Part shown: one piece after another, positions 50,001-63,767 of the stretch | Layout of the letters: each line of letters begins with the position of its first letter | Position numbering within the stretch: the first letter of the stretch is position 1 | Source of the DNA: the human T2T-CHM13v2.0 reference genome, Homo sapiens | Reading direction: 5' to 3' (one strand) | Assembly (NCBI RefSeq): GCF_009914755.1 | Contig: NC_060935.1 | DNA: 64,000 bases | Made by a program: the position numbers and the translations under genes | Notes under the pieces: model-generated | What the model was told of the DNA's origin: nothing | Seen by the model: the letters and a program-made list of their open reading frames with translations, nothing else | Databases searched by the model: none

Positions 50001-52259
50001 AATAAATCACACTAATGGAGAGAGGTGGCCATTCCTTCTCTGTGGCCTGGAGACAGGTTTTTCCAAAGCTCCTCCCCTGGCTCAGGCAAACACACCTGAC
50101 CTTTCTCTCGCTGGGCCCAGGGTGAGGCAGAGCAGCCAGGAACAAGGTGGGGTGAACCAGACAGAGCTGGAGTGCTCTCCCACCCCTGCTTTGCCCAGCC
50201 TCCCCGCCAAGCCCATGATTCCAAGCAAGGTAAGGCCCTCCTCCCAGAGGAAGGGGCCAACAGCCCGGTGACCTTGGAGTGTGCTTCGCCTGGCACTCCC
50301 CTCACACCGCTCCCTACAGCTTGTACTCTGCCTCTGACTCTCTTCCAAGAACAATTTGGCAAGTTCTAATCTACATCTTGCAAAAAAAAAACAAAAAACA
50401 AAAAACAGAGAGGTAGGAGGGCCACAGCACCTGGGGTCCCAGAAGGCAGACTGACCTATTCCTACAGCAGGGGTAAGTAACGCAGAAAACCTCCAGGCAA
50501 AGAGACATGGAGATCTTCGAAATGGAATGGGGGGTGGAGGGAGTCACTGGGAGGCAAAAGGTGTGGGACACCTGAGGTTACTGAGACAGGGAACTTGGGA
50601 TTCCCTTCTGGGAAATGACACAGCATGGCAGCTGTCCTTCTTATTCAGTCAAGCTACATTGCCTCATTAAACCAAATCACAGCTACAAACCAGTGCCACA
50701 TGCCTGGAGGCTGAGTGGACACTCCTGGTCCTCCTCATGGAGATATATAGCACTCTGAGTTCTGATCCAGCTCATCTGTGTGAAGTCCTCAAACAAGCAC
50801 ATAGTAAGTGCTCCATAAACTTCAGCTGCTCATTTTTTTAATTATTACCATTTTGACCATCATTTCTTCGATTGTTCTTCATGTGTCTTGTTTCCAGACC
50901 ATTAGACTCCCACAGGAGGCTCCTTGGAGCATGGTCCAGCTAGTTTATGTCTTGAAGGGGCAGCCATGCTCCAGGTGCAGTCTTGGGAGCCATCTGATCA
51001 CTGTCCCTTCTTCTGAGCATCTGCCTGCTGAAGGAGGCTAGGCCATGTGCTGACAAGCACTATGGACAGACAGCCCGGGGTCAAGTCCTAGCTCCTCCAT
51101 CCCCCAGCTGTGTAACCTGGACCAGGACGATTGTATCTCTGACCAATCTCAGAATATAGCTGGATTACTAGGAGGAAAACTAAGTGAGTGCTTAGAGGCG
51201 GGCAAAGTAAGGATAACCATTTGTAGATGATGTGCTAGAGATGCTGACCATCATTCCTTACTCTTAACATAATTATTATGAGAAAAATTAGAACCTCCTC
51301 ATTGGACTTCCTTATTCCTATGTCGAAGTATAATGTTCTGTTTTTACTAACGTATGGGGGGCGGCACACACAAAGCTTTGCATGTCTAGGGCCTCTAGGG
51401 ATCTCAGCCTGGCCTCGCTATGAAATTTCTGCAAGGCCTGTCAATTCCCTGATGTATCACGAGTGTTCCCGAACAATAAGCTCATTTACCAGGTCTTGCT
51501 GTGACCAGATAGTTTTTAATCGCCATGATCACTGGGTTGACAGGTTGAGCTTGAGCTCTACCATAAGCCTGTGTCTTTCCAAAGGCCTGGGGGACCGAAG
51601 GCAGAAGCAAGAGCACACGTAGAGAAGGCACCGAGCAAGCGGATCTGTGCGGTTCTTCGGTTCTAAACAACTTGCGGAATCCAGGCGGACTCAGGGCCTG
51701 TGTGGCCACTGGGCAGGGAAGGTGGTGGTTCCCAGGCCCATCGAAACCACAAGGAGCACTGACTTCTGTCTCCTGCTATAGCTTCAGGTGCCAGGTTCAC
51801 TGGGGTCTTAGAAGTTGGGGCTGGAAGGAGGTGGGCCCAGAGGGTCCCGCTCCTTAAGTGCTGGCTTCAAGATGGAAGATATTAAGACGTTCCAGGGGTC
51901 GATTCTTTTTTCAAGACCCTAAGATGTTCCAGGCTTCTGTAGAGCAGGCACAGTCCTTGCCCTCCAGGAATTGTATCAATAAAGACACAAAACACTAGAG
52001 GCAGAAGCTGCACACAGGCAACCTCCACGCAGAATCTGCCCACATCTGTGTTGGTTTGGCCAACAGTGGTTTTTAGAAAGTTGAGTCAGAGTGTCTTTGG
52101 GAGGACACCGTAGGTGACTGCAGGTGCCATGCCCCATCGTCACTCCAGCAGATTCACATATTGGCATTACCTGCCTGGTCTCTACAGTCTGGATGCCAAG
52201 TATGAAGTGTGAATATAAAGGCAGCAAACAAGTGTGATTGGGGCACAAGAAAGGGATTC

Positions 52260-52566
<307 letters not shown>

Positions 52567-52585
52567 GGGATTCGATTCTACCTAA

Positions 52586-52954
<369 letters not shown>

Positions 52955-53405
52955 TAGTGGCCCCAGAACTGACCAAAGAGAAATGTTAGGATGTTTTACT
53001 CCAGGCCACTGAGTACTTGGAGAAGCCATTGTGACTCCCTTTTTTGCTCCAAGACAGTGTGCAATGTACAGGTCCTGCTATGGGATGTGGCTTGAGCCCA
53101 GTGGCCTGGGAAGGCGGGAGAGAGGGAGGGAGGAATAGAAATGGCGGGAAGGTGCGGGACGAAGGGCTGAGCAGGAGAGGAAAGTGAAGGAAGAAAAGGA
53201 AAGGAGGGAAGAGAAGCGGGGAGGAGGCAACAGTGACAGCAGCTGACGGGGCTCTGTGCCTGCCTGGGTGGCTATCCAGTCCTTCCTCTTCCCTCTGACC
53301 ATGGACGGACTCCCTCTAGCCCTTTAAGTTCCACAGACCCTACAAACACTCAAGTTCTTTCACAGAAAGGAAAGCACCTCCGAGCCACTAGGAAACAAAG
53401 GATAT

Positions 53406-53411
53406 TTTATT
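53406..53411 (-). terminator. FXYD6: FXYD6 polyadenylation signal AATAAA
   Basis: tttatt on the + strand, followed on the minus strand by U/GU-rich sequence. Confidence 0.8.
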
Positions 53412-54438
53412 CCTTTTTTCTGTTGTTGTTGAGGATAGATCACGATACAGAGAACAGCAATGGGTCACAGCGCACGGTTTGGTTGGTTTCCGCGGGAACA
53501 CAGAGGACAGGAGGGGCGGGATCTGGGTTGAGTTCCCACTCTCGTTATGACCTTCAACCTCTCACTGTTCCCAAGGGCTGCACGGAGCCTGCTGAGTCTC
53601 CAACCCACCTCGCTCACCGCTCTGACCACCGACAGGCAGAGCAAAGGATGCGGGAGTTGCCTCTGCTGCCCATCTAAGGGGACGTAGGCAGAGAAGCAAA
53701 GGCCTCTGCTCTCCCTCCATCCATCCCGGTGTGCTGGCCCCAACGGAACAGGAGTCCTTCAACTATTGCCTGCCAGAGACCCAATTGCAGGGACTGTAGT
53801 CTGCATCTGGATGAGCTGGGCTGTAGATTGAAGTCTCAGAAGCAGGGAAGGTTGGAAGGGGTAGGGTCCCAGAGCCCATGGAGTTATTGCTGAGAAGATA
53901 TGCAGGGGACACATTCCCCAGGGGCAGAGTAGAAGCCCTGGGCCTGGAATCCCCGGGCGCTCTGTGAAGGGGCGGGGCAGATGGGGACTCCTCGTGGAAG
54001 CCCCTGGGAAGAAATTAACCACGGAAGGGCATAGCCTGCCTGACGTCAACGCTGGGCTCACCAGCTCCTTGCTTTGTATCTCCAGTTGCTAAGAGACCTT
54101 CAGACTGGGATCAGGTGGGATAAGGAAGCAAGGTTTTTGTTAAAGGAGTGAAAGGAGTCCATGAAGAATGATGACAAAGTGCTGCAAACCTTCCCAGGTC
54201 CCAAGACGACTGAAGACCACTGCCCGTGCTCTTACCCTACGCATCCCTAAATCAGGGGAGGGGGCTGGTCTCGGGCAACAAGCAGCCTCCTAGGAGCAGA
54301 AGGTGATGGAGGGCCACGGGGGCAGGGAGGAGCAGATGGCCATGTGGCTCAGCCCCTGCCTGGGAAAGCGAGTCCACAGTTCACTAACAAACACAATACC
54401 ATCCACAAACAAGTAGCCACAAAGACCACAGTTAGCAA

Positions 54439-54473
54439 ACACACACAGTCACACACACACACACACACACACA
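54439..54473. repeat. (CA)n microsatellite in the FXYD6 3' UTR ((GU)n in the mRNA)
   Basis: Read directly. Confidence 0.9.
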
Positions 54474-56207
54474 TCACGGGAGGTGGGCAGGACCGCAGGC
54501 TGCAGTGGGGAGGCAAGTGTTAGTTGCATCATCAGGTGGAGGAATGGTGTTAGAGGGGATAGGGTGGGGGACACACAAGTTCTTGGCTTCTCCTGGGGAA
54601 AGGGCTGTTGCTGAAGTGGCCGGTTTTCTTAAGCATCGACATTTGCATCCAAAGGTTCAAGCAGCCGCCTCAGGTTCCAGAGGCTGAGGAGGAGGATAAT
54701 TTAAATTAAAAACACTTCAGCTGCCTCTGGTATCCTTATCTGCTTCTCTCCCTTCCTTGAGCACCTGCCCACTGAAATTCCCGGTATGACAGCCTCGTCT
54801 GAGACGCAGAGAAAGGAGACAAAGACACAGGGGAGGGGTGAACCTCAGAAGAAGCCTCTCCCAGGTGGGCTGGAGCCTGGCAGACATGGAAAGGAAATTG
54901 TTAAACCCAGGACCTCCCCAGTGGTTGCTCACAGTCCTGAGCCTTAGGATAAAAGGTTTCTGAGAAAGAACTAGTTTGGGAAAAAAAAAATGAAAAGACA
55001 TTTCATTTCCAGGCTGCCTCCTCTGAGCCTTCCCAGATTCTCAGTCTGTGATGAAATAGACAGAACACCAAGCTACCAGGAAGGGCACCTGCCTCCTAGA
55101 TCGGAATCTTCGTCCATTCGCACTTAGGTGATCACTTGCCTTCGAGAGCCCCATCCAGAAGACGGGAGTAATGAGCCCTGCTCTGCCCATCACGGGCCGC
55201 TATGAGGATGCAAAAGCACTTAGGAAAGAATTTAAATGCTACACAGGCACACGATATTGTTACGCACAGTCAAAGCTGGTGCATCGGGCACTTCATCATC
55301 CAGAAACCTCTTTTACCTTACAATGTGAGATAAACTTATATACCTTTCTATAATGCCTTACTTGTATGGGGGGAAAAAAAGGCAGAAGTGAGCTGACAAA
55401 ACACAAACCTTTTCCCTTAGGATATTCCAGGGCATGTCATAAAGTGAGACGCACAGGACAGAGGGGAGCAGTGGCGCTGAACCACAGCCGCAAAGGCCTG
55501 AGTTCACAGTCCGGGCTGTCACTCTCCACGGGGCTATTCCCTCTCATCTTGGTTTCACCTATAAAATGGGCTAAACCCCACCTGTCCCATCCTCTTTTTC
55601 TGGCAGACTCGAGTGAGTCTGTGTGTGTGGTGGCACTCTGAAAACTGTACAGCATTTGCCAGTTACTACTCTCCTGTGCCCCCTACGATGAACAATGGAA
55701 ATAGATACTAAAATCAGTGCCCTTAAATGTGGAGAGGGAAGGATCATATACTATTTGCTCTACTTTTGGTTAGGGTTGGGAAGTTTCATAATAAGGTGTT
55801 TAAAAAAAAAAGTGGCCCTAAAGTACTTTCTGAGTCACCACGGAAAGCCATTATCTTTATGCTACTTTGAGATTAGGAGCATTTCACTAACTCTAATTCT
55901 CCCATGTTGCACTTGGGATGACGCCCTATGCACTCGGCCAGTGGGCTGTGTGGAAGCCCCATTTCCTGGTGTTGGCATGCATGTGTGTGGGACACTTCGG
56001 GTGTTTCTAGTCCTGGTCTCTCTCACAGCCCCTTTCAGACTCCTGAAGGCTCCTCAGGGCAGGGCCCATAATAAAAGCTGTGCCCACTGCAAAAGCTAGC
56101 CCCATCCTTCCCGCCTGAACCCCTGTCCAGGCCCTGATGCAGACGGTGATGGCAACAGGGGCCAATCCAGGCACTGAGCATCTCACCTTCCACCTGATGG
56201 CTGCACT

Positions 56208-56236
56208 TCAGTTCTCTGCTTTCTGGGGCTCTGTTG
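56208..56236 (-). CDS. FXYD6: FXYD6 last coding exon (A)TEPQKAEN*; exon extends to 56187
   Basis: tttccag|CA ACA GAG...AAC TGA...GAAG|gtgaga; total CDS 288 nt = 95 aa plus stop. Confidence 0.95.
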
Positions 56237-56724
56237 CTGGAAAGAAAACCAGAATGGATTATAGTGTATAGACTCCTCACCCCCGTGGGCCACCCCCAAC
56301 AGCAGCCGTGTCTCTGCCTGACTCTGGGGGAGCAAAGAGGTGACGGGCATGGGATTTCGAGTCAGAACGATCTGGGTTCAATCCTGGCCCTGCTACTTGC
56401 TGCTTACAGGAACCTGGTAACCTCTCTCAGTCCCTCGGTTACAAAATGGGGACAATGATGCCTATTTCAGGGCTGTGTGCCCATTAAATGATATGGGGTC
56501 TGTGCCTGGCACAAGCAGATGCTCTGTAAATAGCAGGTGACACTAGTAGTAGCCTGTTTGGTGGAGTGAGGGGGCAATGCTGCAGAGGCCCTGGAGACCC
56601 ACTCTCCTGGCACTGCGGGAGCATGTCTGGCTGGCCATGCACCTGGCAACAGTCCCTTCCTGAGCCACAGAGGGGTCTCTCTGTTCCCTCTTTTCCACCT
56701 GGGCAGGTGGTCACGGACAGTTAC

Positions 56725-56774
56725 CATTGGCGGTGATGAGGTTCTCCACCTGGGCTTCCTCATCTCCTGGGGCC
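56725..56774 (-). CDS. FXYD6: FXYD6 exon (R)APGDEEAQVENLITAN(A), 50 nt
   Basis: ctgcag|G GCC CCA...AAT G|gtaact. Confidence 0.95.
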
Positions 56775-57553
56775 CTGCAGGAGAAAGAGACACACAGCCC
56801 CATCAGAGATCTCCAGGGCAGACCCAGAGAGCATCGTTCTGCTCCTCACTGGGGCACAGCTGCCTGCAGTCAGGCTCCTCCCAGTGCCCTGAGGGGCTGG
56901 AGCTCACTCTGCTGTGGGATGCATGGGACAGAGGGAAAGGTCTGGACTGAAGGGTCAGACTCAGAGGGAACTTACAGGCACCCTTCAATGTCAGCCCTCA
57001 TGGGAAGGGGAGGCTAGGGCCACATGGGGGCTTGGGTGTGTCCTGCCACACGCTTTGGACTTCTGGGGTCCAAGCTACCCTTGGCTATTATAGTAAACTA
57101 ATGGGGTATGACCTCTATGTGGGAGTAGAAAGAAGGTCCAAGTGTCTATTCAGCTCAAAGAGCCTCATGAACAGGTGACAAGTGGGGACTGTGTCGCAGG
57201 TCCTGTAGAGAGGACCTGGGCATCTAGAGAGGCCAGGAAGCCCTCTGCTTCCCTTCTCCCAAGCTCAACTGTCCCAAGGGCCTCCAGAAAAGGTTCCAGT
57301 ACTTTCTTGTCCACTCCCCGTCCCCCACATAGATCAGAAGAGACAGGATGGGCTGACCTTCAATGTTTTGACCTCTCCTTTGCCCCAGAGTCTACCTGGC
57401 AGTCCTCAAACTTCCAGCCCTACGTCCCAACACACACGTTCTGCCTCCGAGACAAGAATCCAAGAGAATGCCCATTTGGGGGTCACACACCAGGGGTCCC
57501 TTCCTGTCCCACCTAGTATCACCCCCCCAAGGCCACTGCCACGGCATCCTTAC

Positions 57554-57590
57554 CGGGGCTTCTGATTGAAACTGCACTTGCACCTGCGAC
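57554..57590 (-). CDS. FXYD6: FXYD6 exon (S)RRCKCSFNQKP(R), 37 nt
   Basis: ttttcag|GT CGC...CCC CG|gtaagg. Confidence 0.95.
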
Positions 57591-58128
57591 CTGAAAAGCA
57601 AAGAAACCATCCAAGGTCATGCTGCTGGCTTGGCCACAGCAGGGCCAAGGGTCTGTGCAGGTTGTGGGACTATGTAAATGGCACCCCCTAGACCTGGGCA
57701 GTGCACAGTTTGCACAGCTGCACACAGTGGCCCTCGGATGGGGTAGCTTCTTCTGGGGCAAAGGAAATACATTCTATAGCTGGAATGGCTACACCCCCAC
57801 AGCCCTCTTGATCATGTGAGTAAAGAGGGATCTGTGCAGATCAGGCTCATGTGGGAACAACAAACTCGGAGGCACATCCCTCGCACACTAGGGCAGCACC
57901 TGTCTCCTTCCTCCGTGACTGCCCCATTCATGCCCTATAGACACAGCACTGGGAAGCCACCCTGCTCGTTCCTATCTATGCTCATTGTCATATGACATTT
58001 TCTTTGTTCCCGTGTCACTGTTTTACTGAGCACTTACTATGTGCCCAGCACTCTACTGGGTCGTGAAGATAACACGGAGGGCAGGCAGCCTCCTTTCCTC
58101 TCCAGGAGAGGGACCAACCAGGCTCTCA

Positions 58129-58329
<201 letters not shown>

Positions 58330-58395
58330 CTACCCCTCCTGCCAGGCAGGGCTGCATTCCCCCTGACCCCTGCACCCAGGGTTGCCATCGCTCAC

Positions 58396-58434
58396 CATAA
58401 TGAAAAGGGTCCATTTCCTTCTCCTTTTCAGCTG
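58396..58434 (-). CDS. FXYD6: FXYD6 FXYD-motif exon (A)AEKEKEMDPFHY(D), 39 nt
   Basis: ttgcag|CA GCT GAA...CAT TAT G|gtgagc. Confidence 0.96.
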
Positions 58435-59124
58435 CTGCAAAAACAAACAGTTGGTCAAGAGAAAGAAAGCTACACAAACTGGTTCCCAAATATCTAACCT
58501 TGCCTCACAGACCTCAGTCTCCACAAAGGAATTCCAGAGCAGCAGGGCCCATTAAACAGAGATGCCTAGAGGTGCACGGTAGGGCGGGCCTGCCAGTTAG
58601 GGGGTTAGGGGAACCCTAAGGGCCGAGGTCAGTGAAGGCATCGAAACTCAGTGAGGCTCTGAGTCATGCAACACCCACATTCATTGCCCCTTTGTATTCT
58701 TACATCATCCCCAGAAGGCAGGGTCAGTTTTCCTCTTGTGACACACGGAGAAACCGAGACCAAGGAAGGACATATGACTTGCACGAGGCCAGCACTTGCT
58801 AATATGGTCTAGAGACTGATGTGCAGGTCTGAATCCCAGGGTTCAGGCCACAAATCCACAGAGGCGCAGTGAGCTTGCGGGGCTTAAAAACTACTCCCTG
58901 CCGGACCCTTAGGGGGCGAGGGGGCAGGCTGTGCTGAGGTCTGTGAATAAATAGCTGCCACCTCCACGACTTTCTCTGCTGACTGAAGGGAGAGGCCCCT
59001 GACTAGACATGAAGAACGTGAGAGTCCCCCAGCCCTAATGTCCCAAGGGGCCCAGAACCTTCCAGCAGAGAGGGCTGGACAGGGTTGTCATCTTGTCACA
59101 GCCAGGTCCCAGAGGGGTACTTAC

Positions 59125-59182
59125 CACTGGCCAGGACCATGGGGGCCAGCAGGCTGCAGAGGAAGACCAGCACCAACTCCAT
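59125..59182 (-). CDS. FXYD6: FXYD6 first coding exon, signal peptide MELVLVFLCSLLAPMVLAS+1 nt; exon starts at 59187; upstream non-coding exon(s) not located in this window
   Basis: ccccag|ACGCC ATG GAG...AGT G|gtaagt. Confidence 0.96.
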
Positions 59183-59344
59183 GGCGTCTGGGGACAGAGG
59201 GAGGAAAAAATGATTCTCTGGCTAAGAAGCCTCCATCCGTCAGCTCCAAGCGTCAGCCTGACCAGGGGCCAAGCCAAATCCCCAGCTTTGCTCTGCACTC
59301 ATGACTTGGTGAGGGTTCAAACAACCTAAGCACAAGCAGTTGAC

Positions 59345-59633
59345 TTTTTTTTTTTTTGAGACAGAGTCTCGCTATCTTGCCCAGGCTAGAGCGTAGTGGC
59401 ATGATCTCGGCTCACTGCAACCTCCGCCTCCCAGGTTCAAGTGATTCTTCTGCCTCAGCCTCCTGAGTAGCTGGCATTAGAGGCGTGTGCCATCATGCCC
59501 GGCTAATTTTTTGTATTTTTAGTAGAGACAGGGTTTCATCATGTTGGCCAGGCTGGTCTCGAACTCTTGACCTCAAGTGGTCCATCTGCCTCAGCCTCCC
59601 AAAGGGCTGGGATTATAGGCGTGAGCCACCACC
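59345..59633 (-). mobile_element. Alu (AluS-like)
   Basis: Poly(T) plus reverse Alu; TSD cagttgac. Confidence 0.93.
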
Positions 59634-60545
59634 AGTTGACATTTCTTGGACTCTTAGAGAATGCTCTGCATGTATTAATTCAATTGGCACAATTGAGTTA
59701 GTACAATTAGCAAGCACTACAACTAACGCAGGCCGAGAACCTGAAGCTTAATGAGGCTGACATGCACCAGAGTGAGTAGCAGGGCCTAGATCCTAACCCA
59801 GCATGGTAACTCCTCCACCACGTTGCCTCTGGGACGTGACTTTGAAGATCTCAACTGTGTCCTTCTCTCCAGGCCACCCTTCTGTGGCCATCCCTAGTTC
59901 ATTCTGACAGCCAATACCCCATCAGAAATGTCTCTTAATATCAGACTAAATGGGGCCAGTAAACCAGTGTCCCTCTAGTCTAGCCAGCTGGGTGGAGAGG
60001 AGACTTGTGGTTTCCTGGGCCCTGAAGCGCTGACAGCCCTCCTTCAGGTACCCTTTACGTCCCACCTCAAAAGTCCCCAAGTCAGCTCTTCCCACAGGCT
60101 TTGGTTCAGAATCCTCCAGAAAGGTGGTTTGATTCTACAAAAGGAGTTTGAAGGCTGGTTCCACGAGCCTCAGCACCCCAGCCTCTGCTTCCCCAGAGGA
60201 TGCGGAGGTCTCTGCTCAGGAGCTCATCAGTCCTGGTCTCTGGGTGGATGGCCCCAGGTGGGCTATCCTGGTGGAAGCAGGAGGCAGGGCCAAGAGGTGG
60301 CACCCAGGGATAGATTTCAATGGCAGGACACACATCTCACTCCTGGGCTTAAAGGAGCATGGTTAAGAGCCAGAGAGGAGACAGAGAGGCTTTTCCTGAA
60401 CCAGGAAAGCCCAAGGCTGGGTGCTGTTTTCCATGTGGGGTGAAACTGGCAGTGGCCTGAACCCCTGGACATCCGTCCAGTCCAAGACCCTGATTGCCCC
60501 CAGCACGGTCACTACCTTCCTCCGGCCTTGAGCAAGCAGCCGCCA

Positions 60546-60579
60546 CTGCACTTCACCTCTCGGCCACCAGGGGTCAGAA
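60546..60579 (+). promoter_or_regulatory. Candidate CTCF site in FXYD6 intron
   Basis: CTGCACTTCA-N5-CGGCCACCAGGGGTCAGA. Confidence 0.55.
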
Positions 60580-60745
60580 CGACTGCATCCACAGCCACGT
60601 CAAGGCCCAAACCTTGATTCAAAAAGCCTTTATCAAAAGGTGGTAATTTGCTTTCAATGCTGTCTCATTTCACACTTGTATTTCCTTTGAATGCTACACT
60701 GTATCTTATATGTATAAAAATATATGTAACATACACATATAATGA

Positions 60746-61195
<450 letters not shown>

Positions 61196-61254
61196 TGAAA
61201 ATACATATTTTTAATCATTCCCTTGCTCTTCTTCTAAAAAGCTGCCAATCAACA

Positions 61255-61400
61255 GATATAAAATTTCAGTTATGCAAAATGAGTAAGTGCTAGAGATCTG
61301 CTGTATAACACTGTACAGCATAATTAACAATATTGAATTGCACACTTCAAGATATGTTAAGAGGGTAGATCTCATAGTAAGTGTTCTTTCCACAATTTAA
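61255..61400 (+). mobile_element. L1M 3' terminal fragment
   Basis: agagatctgctgtataac...aagagggtagatctcatagtaagtgttct. Confidence 0.7.
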
Positions 61401-63750
61401 AATATACAATTCACACATCAGGAAGTTTGCCATCTTAAACTGTACAATTCAGTGATTTTTAGAACATTTACAAACTTATGCATTCGTCACCAATCTCGGG
61501 TTCCAAGACATTTCATCCTCCCAAGAAGAAACTTGTATCCATCGGCAGTCACCCCCGACTCCCCTTCCCTTCAACCCTGAAACCATTCATCTACTTTTTG
61601 TCTCAATGGGTTTGCCCACTCTGGACATTTCACATAAATGAAATAATAAAATACATGGACTTCTGTGTCTGGCTTTCAAGTTAGCATAATGTTTTCAGGG
61701 TTCATCTACCTTGTAGCATGTATGCATATTTTATTTCTCTTTATGGCTGAATAATATTCCACTGTATGGATATTCACCTTGCTCTTTGTCTTAAAAATAT
61801 ATTTAACACGTACATATATCTAAATATTATGTTGCTTAGTGTAGCTTTTTTGAACTTTATAATTATGATATCATGTTTATAGTCTTTTGAAACTTGCTTT
61901 TTCTGTCCGACATTATGCTTCTGTGGTTCACTGACTTACTACATTTAGCTATAGTGCATTCATTTTCAGTGTGGTGTAATATTCCATTGTGCAGGTAAAT
62001 GATCATGTAGTGCTCTAGTCTCCTGCCAATGGATGTCTGTTTCTTTTTCCCCCTCAATTTTATGCTATTACAAATACAGTTGTGGACATTTTTGTGCATA
62101 CTGCTCAGGGCACACATGCAAGAATTTTGAGGAAACAGTTTTTCGATTCTTTGATCACCACTCCCATAAGAAATACATTTTACATTGCAACCCAGCATAA
62201 CACAGATTCATGTAACCAGAAGCAATTATCACAAAATAATACTTACTATGAATGAGATAGTTTCTTTTCTATTTTATTCTGTTTCTTTACAAAAAACATT
62301 TCCAGGCTCCTTAATGGGTCACACTCGGCAGTTTGAACAGTTATGTTCTAGACGTGAGCCTAGGACTGAAGTCATTCATTGGGTTGTATAGTATGCAAAC
62401 TGTCCACTTCACACAATGATTTAAAATTGTTTCCACAGTGGTCATCTCCATGATAATATCCCACCAGCTGCATATCACTGTCCCCATTACTCTACAACCT
62501 GTTGTGGATATTTTCTGTTGTCAGATATTTTCATTTTTGCCAATCTAGAGGTAAAAGATGGCTTTAATGTGATTACACTGTAATAGAGCTGGACTTTTTT
62601 CTCTGTGTTTATTTGTCATTCCTGTTTCTTCATCAGTGATATGTTTTTCATGCCGTTTGCCCGTTTTCCAAGTGAGTTGACATTATTATTGTTGTTAATT
62701 TCTTATTCTGAATACTAAACCTTTGTCATTAAGTATAGCAAATATCTCCTTCCAGTTTGTGGCTTATTTTTTCACTTTTAAAAATTGTCTTCTGTTGAAC
62801 AGAATTTCTTAATCCTAACATACTTGAATGCTGTGATTTTTGTGTCTTAAGACATCCTTTGTCACCCTGAGGTCAGAGTTTTCATCTAAAAACCCCAAGG
62901 TTTTGTCTTTTACATTTAAATCTATTTGACATCTGAAACTGATGTTTGTGTATGGTGTGAGGTAGGAGTCTAGTTTTACTTTTTCCCATAATGATAACTT
63001 GTACTGTAACCTGGTTCCAGGGGCAGACTGCCTCCCCTTTTCCTCATGATGGGCTATGCCACCTTTGTCACATATCTGATTTCTATTTGGTGTGCATCAG
63101 TTTCTGGGCTATCTCTTTGGGTCTCTTGGTCAATTTGTCTGTACTGCATTAAAATTACTGTGTTTCAATTATGATAGCTTCATAGTAATCTTGCCACATG
63201 GTAAGAGAAGCTCCCATCTTTTTTTCTCCTCTTCCCTCTCCTCCTCTTTCTTCAGGAATGTCTTCATTATTCTTGGTTTTCTGCTCTCAAATTTCAGAAT
63301 TAGCTTTTCAAATTCATCTAAAACTGTTAGGATTTTCATGGGAACTGCAATGGACCTATCTATAGAACAACCTGGGGAGAAATGACATATTTCTGATCTT
63401 GAGTCCCCTGTCTATAAATACATCTTTTGATTTGTTTAGGTCCTTTTCAATAAAGTTCCATAAATGCTTTCATACAGGTGTTGCACATGTTCTGTTAGAT
63501 TCATTCCTAAGTGCCTTATCATTTTTATTGCTGCTTTCAATGTCACCTTGTATGTGTTTTCTAATTTTTGCTGGTAGAGAGAAAAGCAACTGATCTTTAC
63601 ATATTGATCTTAAATCCAATAATCTTGTTAAACTCCCGAATTATTTGTAATAACTTACCTAGAAATGCCTTTGGGTTTTCTCTGTAGATATATCATCTTC
63701 AAATGATATTGTTCCTTCTTTCTAATTCTCACGCTGTTTATTTCTATTTT
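61400..63750 (-). mobile_element. Nested old L1M (MB/ME-like) fragments
   Basis: catttcacataaatgaaataata...ttagcataatgttttcagggttcatc; tatggtgtgaggtagg; T-rich degraded L1 sequence; boundaries rough. Confidence 0.65.
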
Positions 63751-63767
63751 TTTTTAGAAAATTATAG

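Larger units (their letters stand above)
53388..54683 (-). other. FXYD6: FXYD6 terminal non-coding exon (3' UTR)
   Basis: Acceptor ctcctcag|CCTCTG at 54684/54683; AATAAA at 53406-53411; cleavage site approximate. Confidence 0.85.

Noticed and set aside
51053-51073. RE1/REST-like AGCACTATGGACAG
   Set aside because: Many mismatches outside the core, and it lies at a MIR-like edge
53115-53230. Purine-rich tract as H-DNA
   Set aside because: Interrupted and lacks clear mirror symmetry
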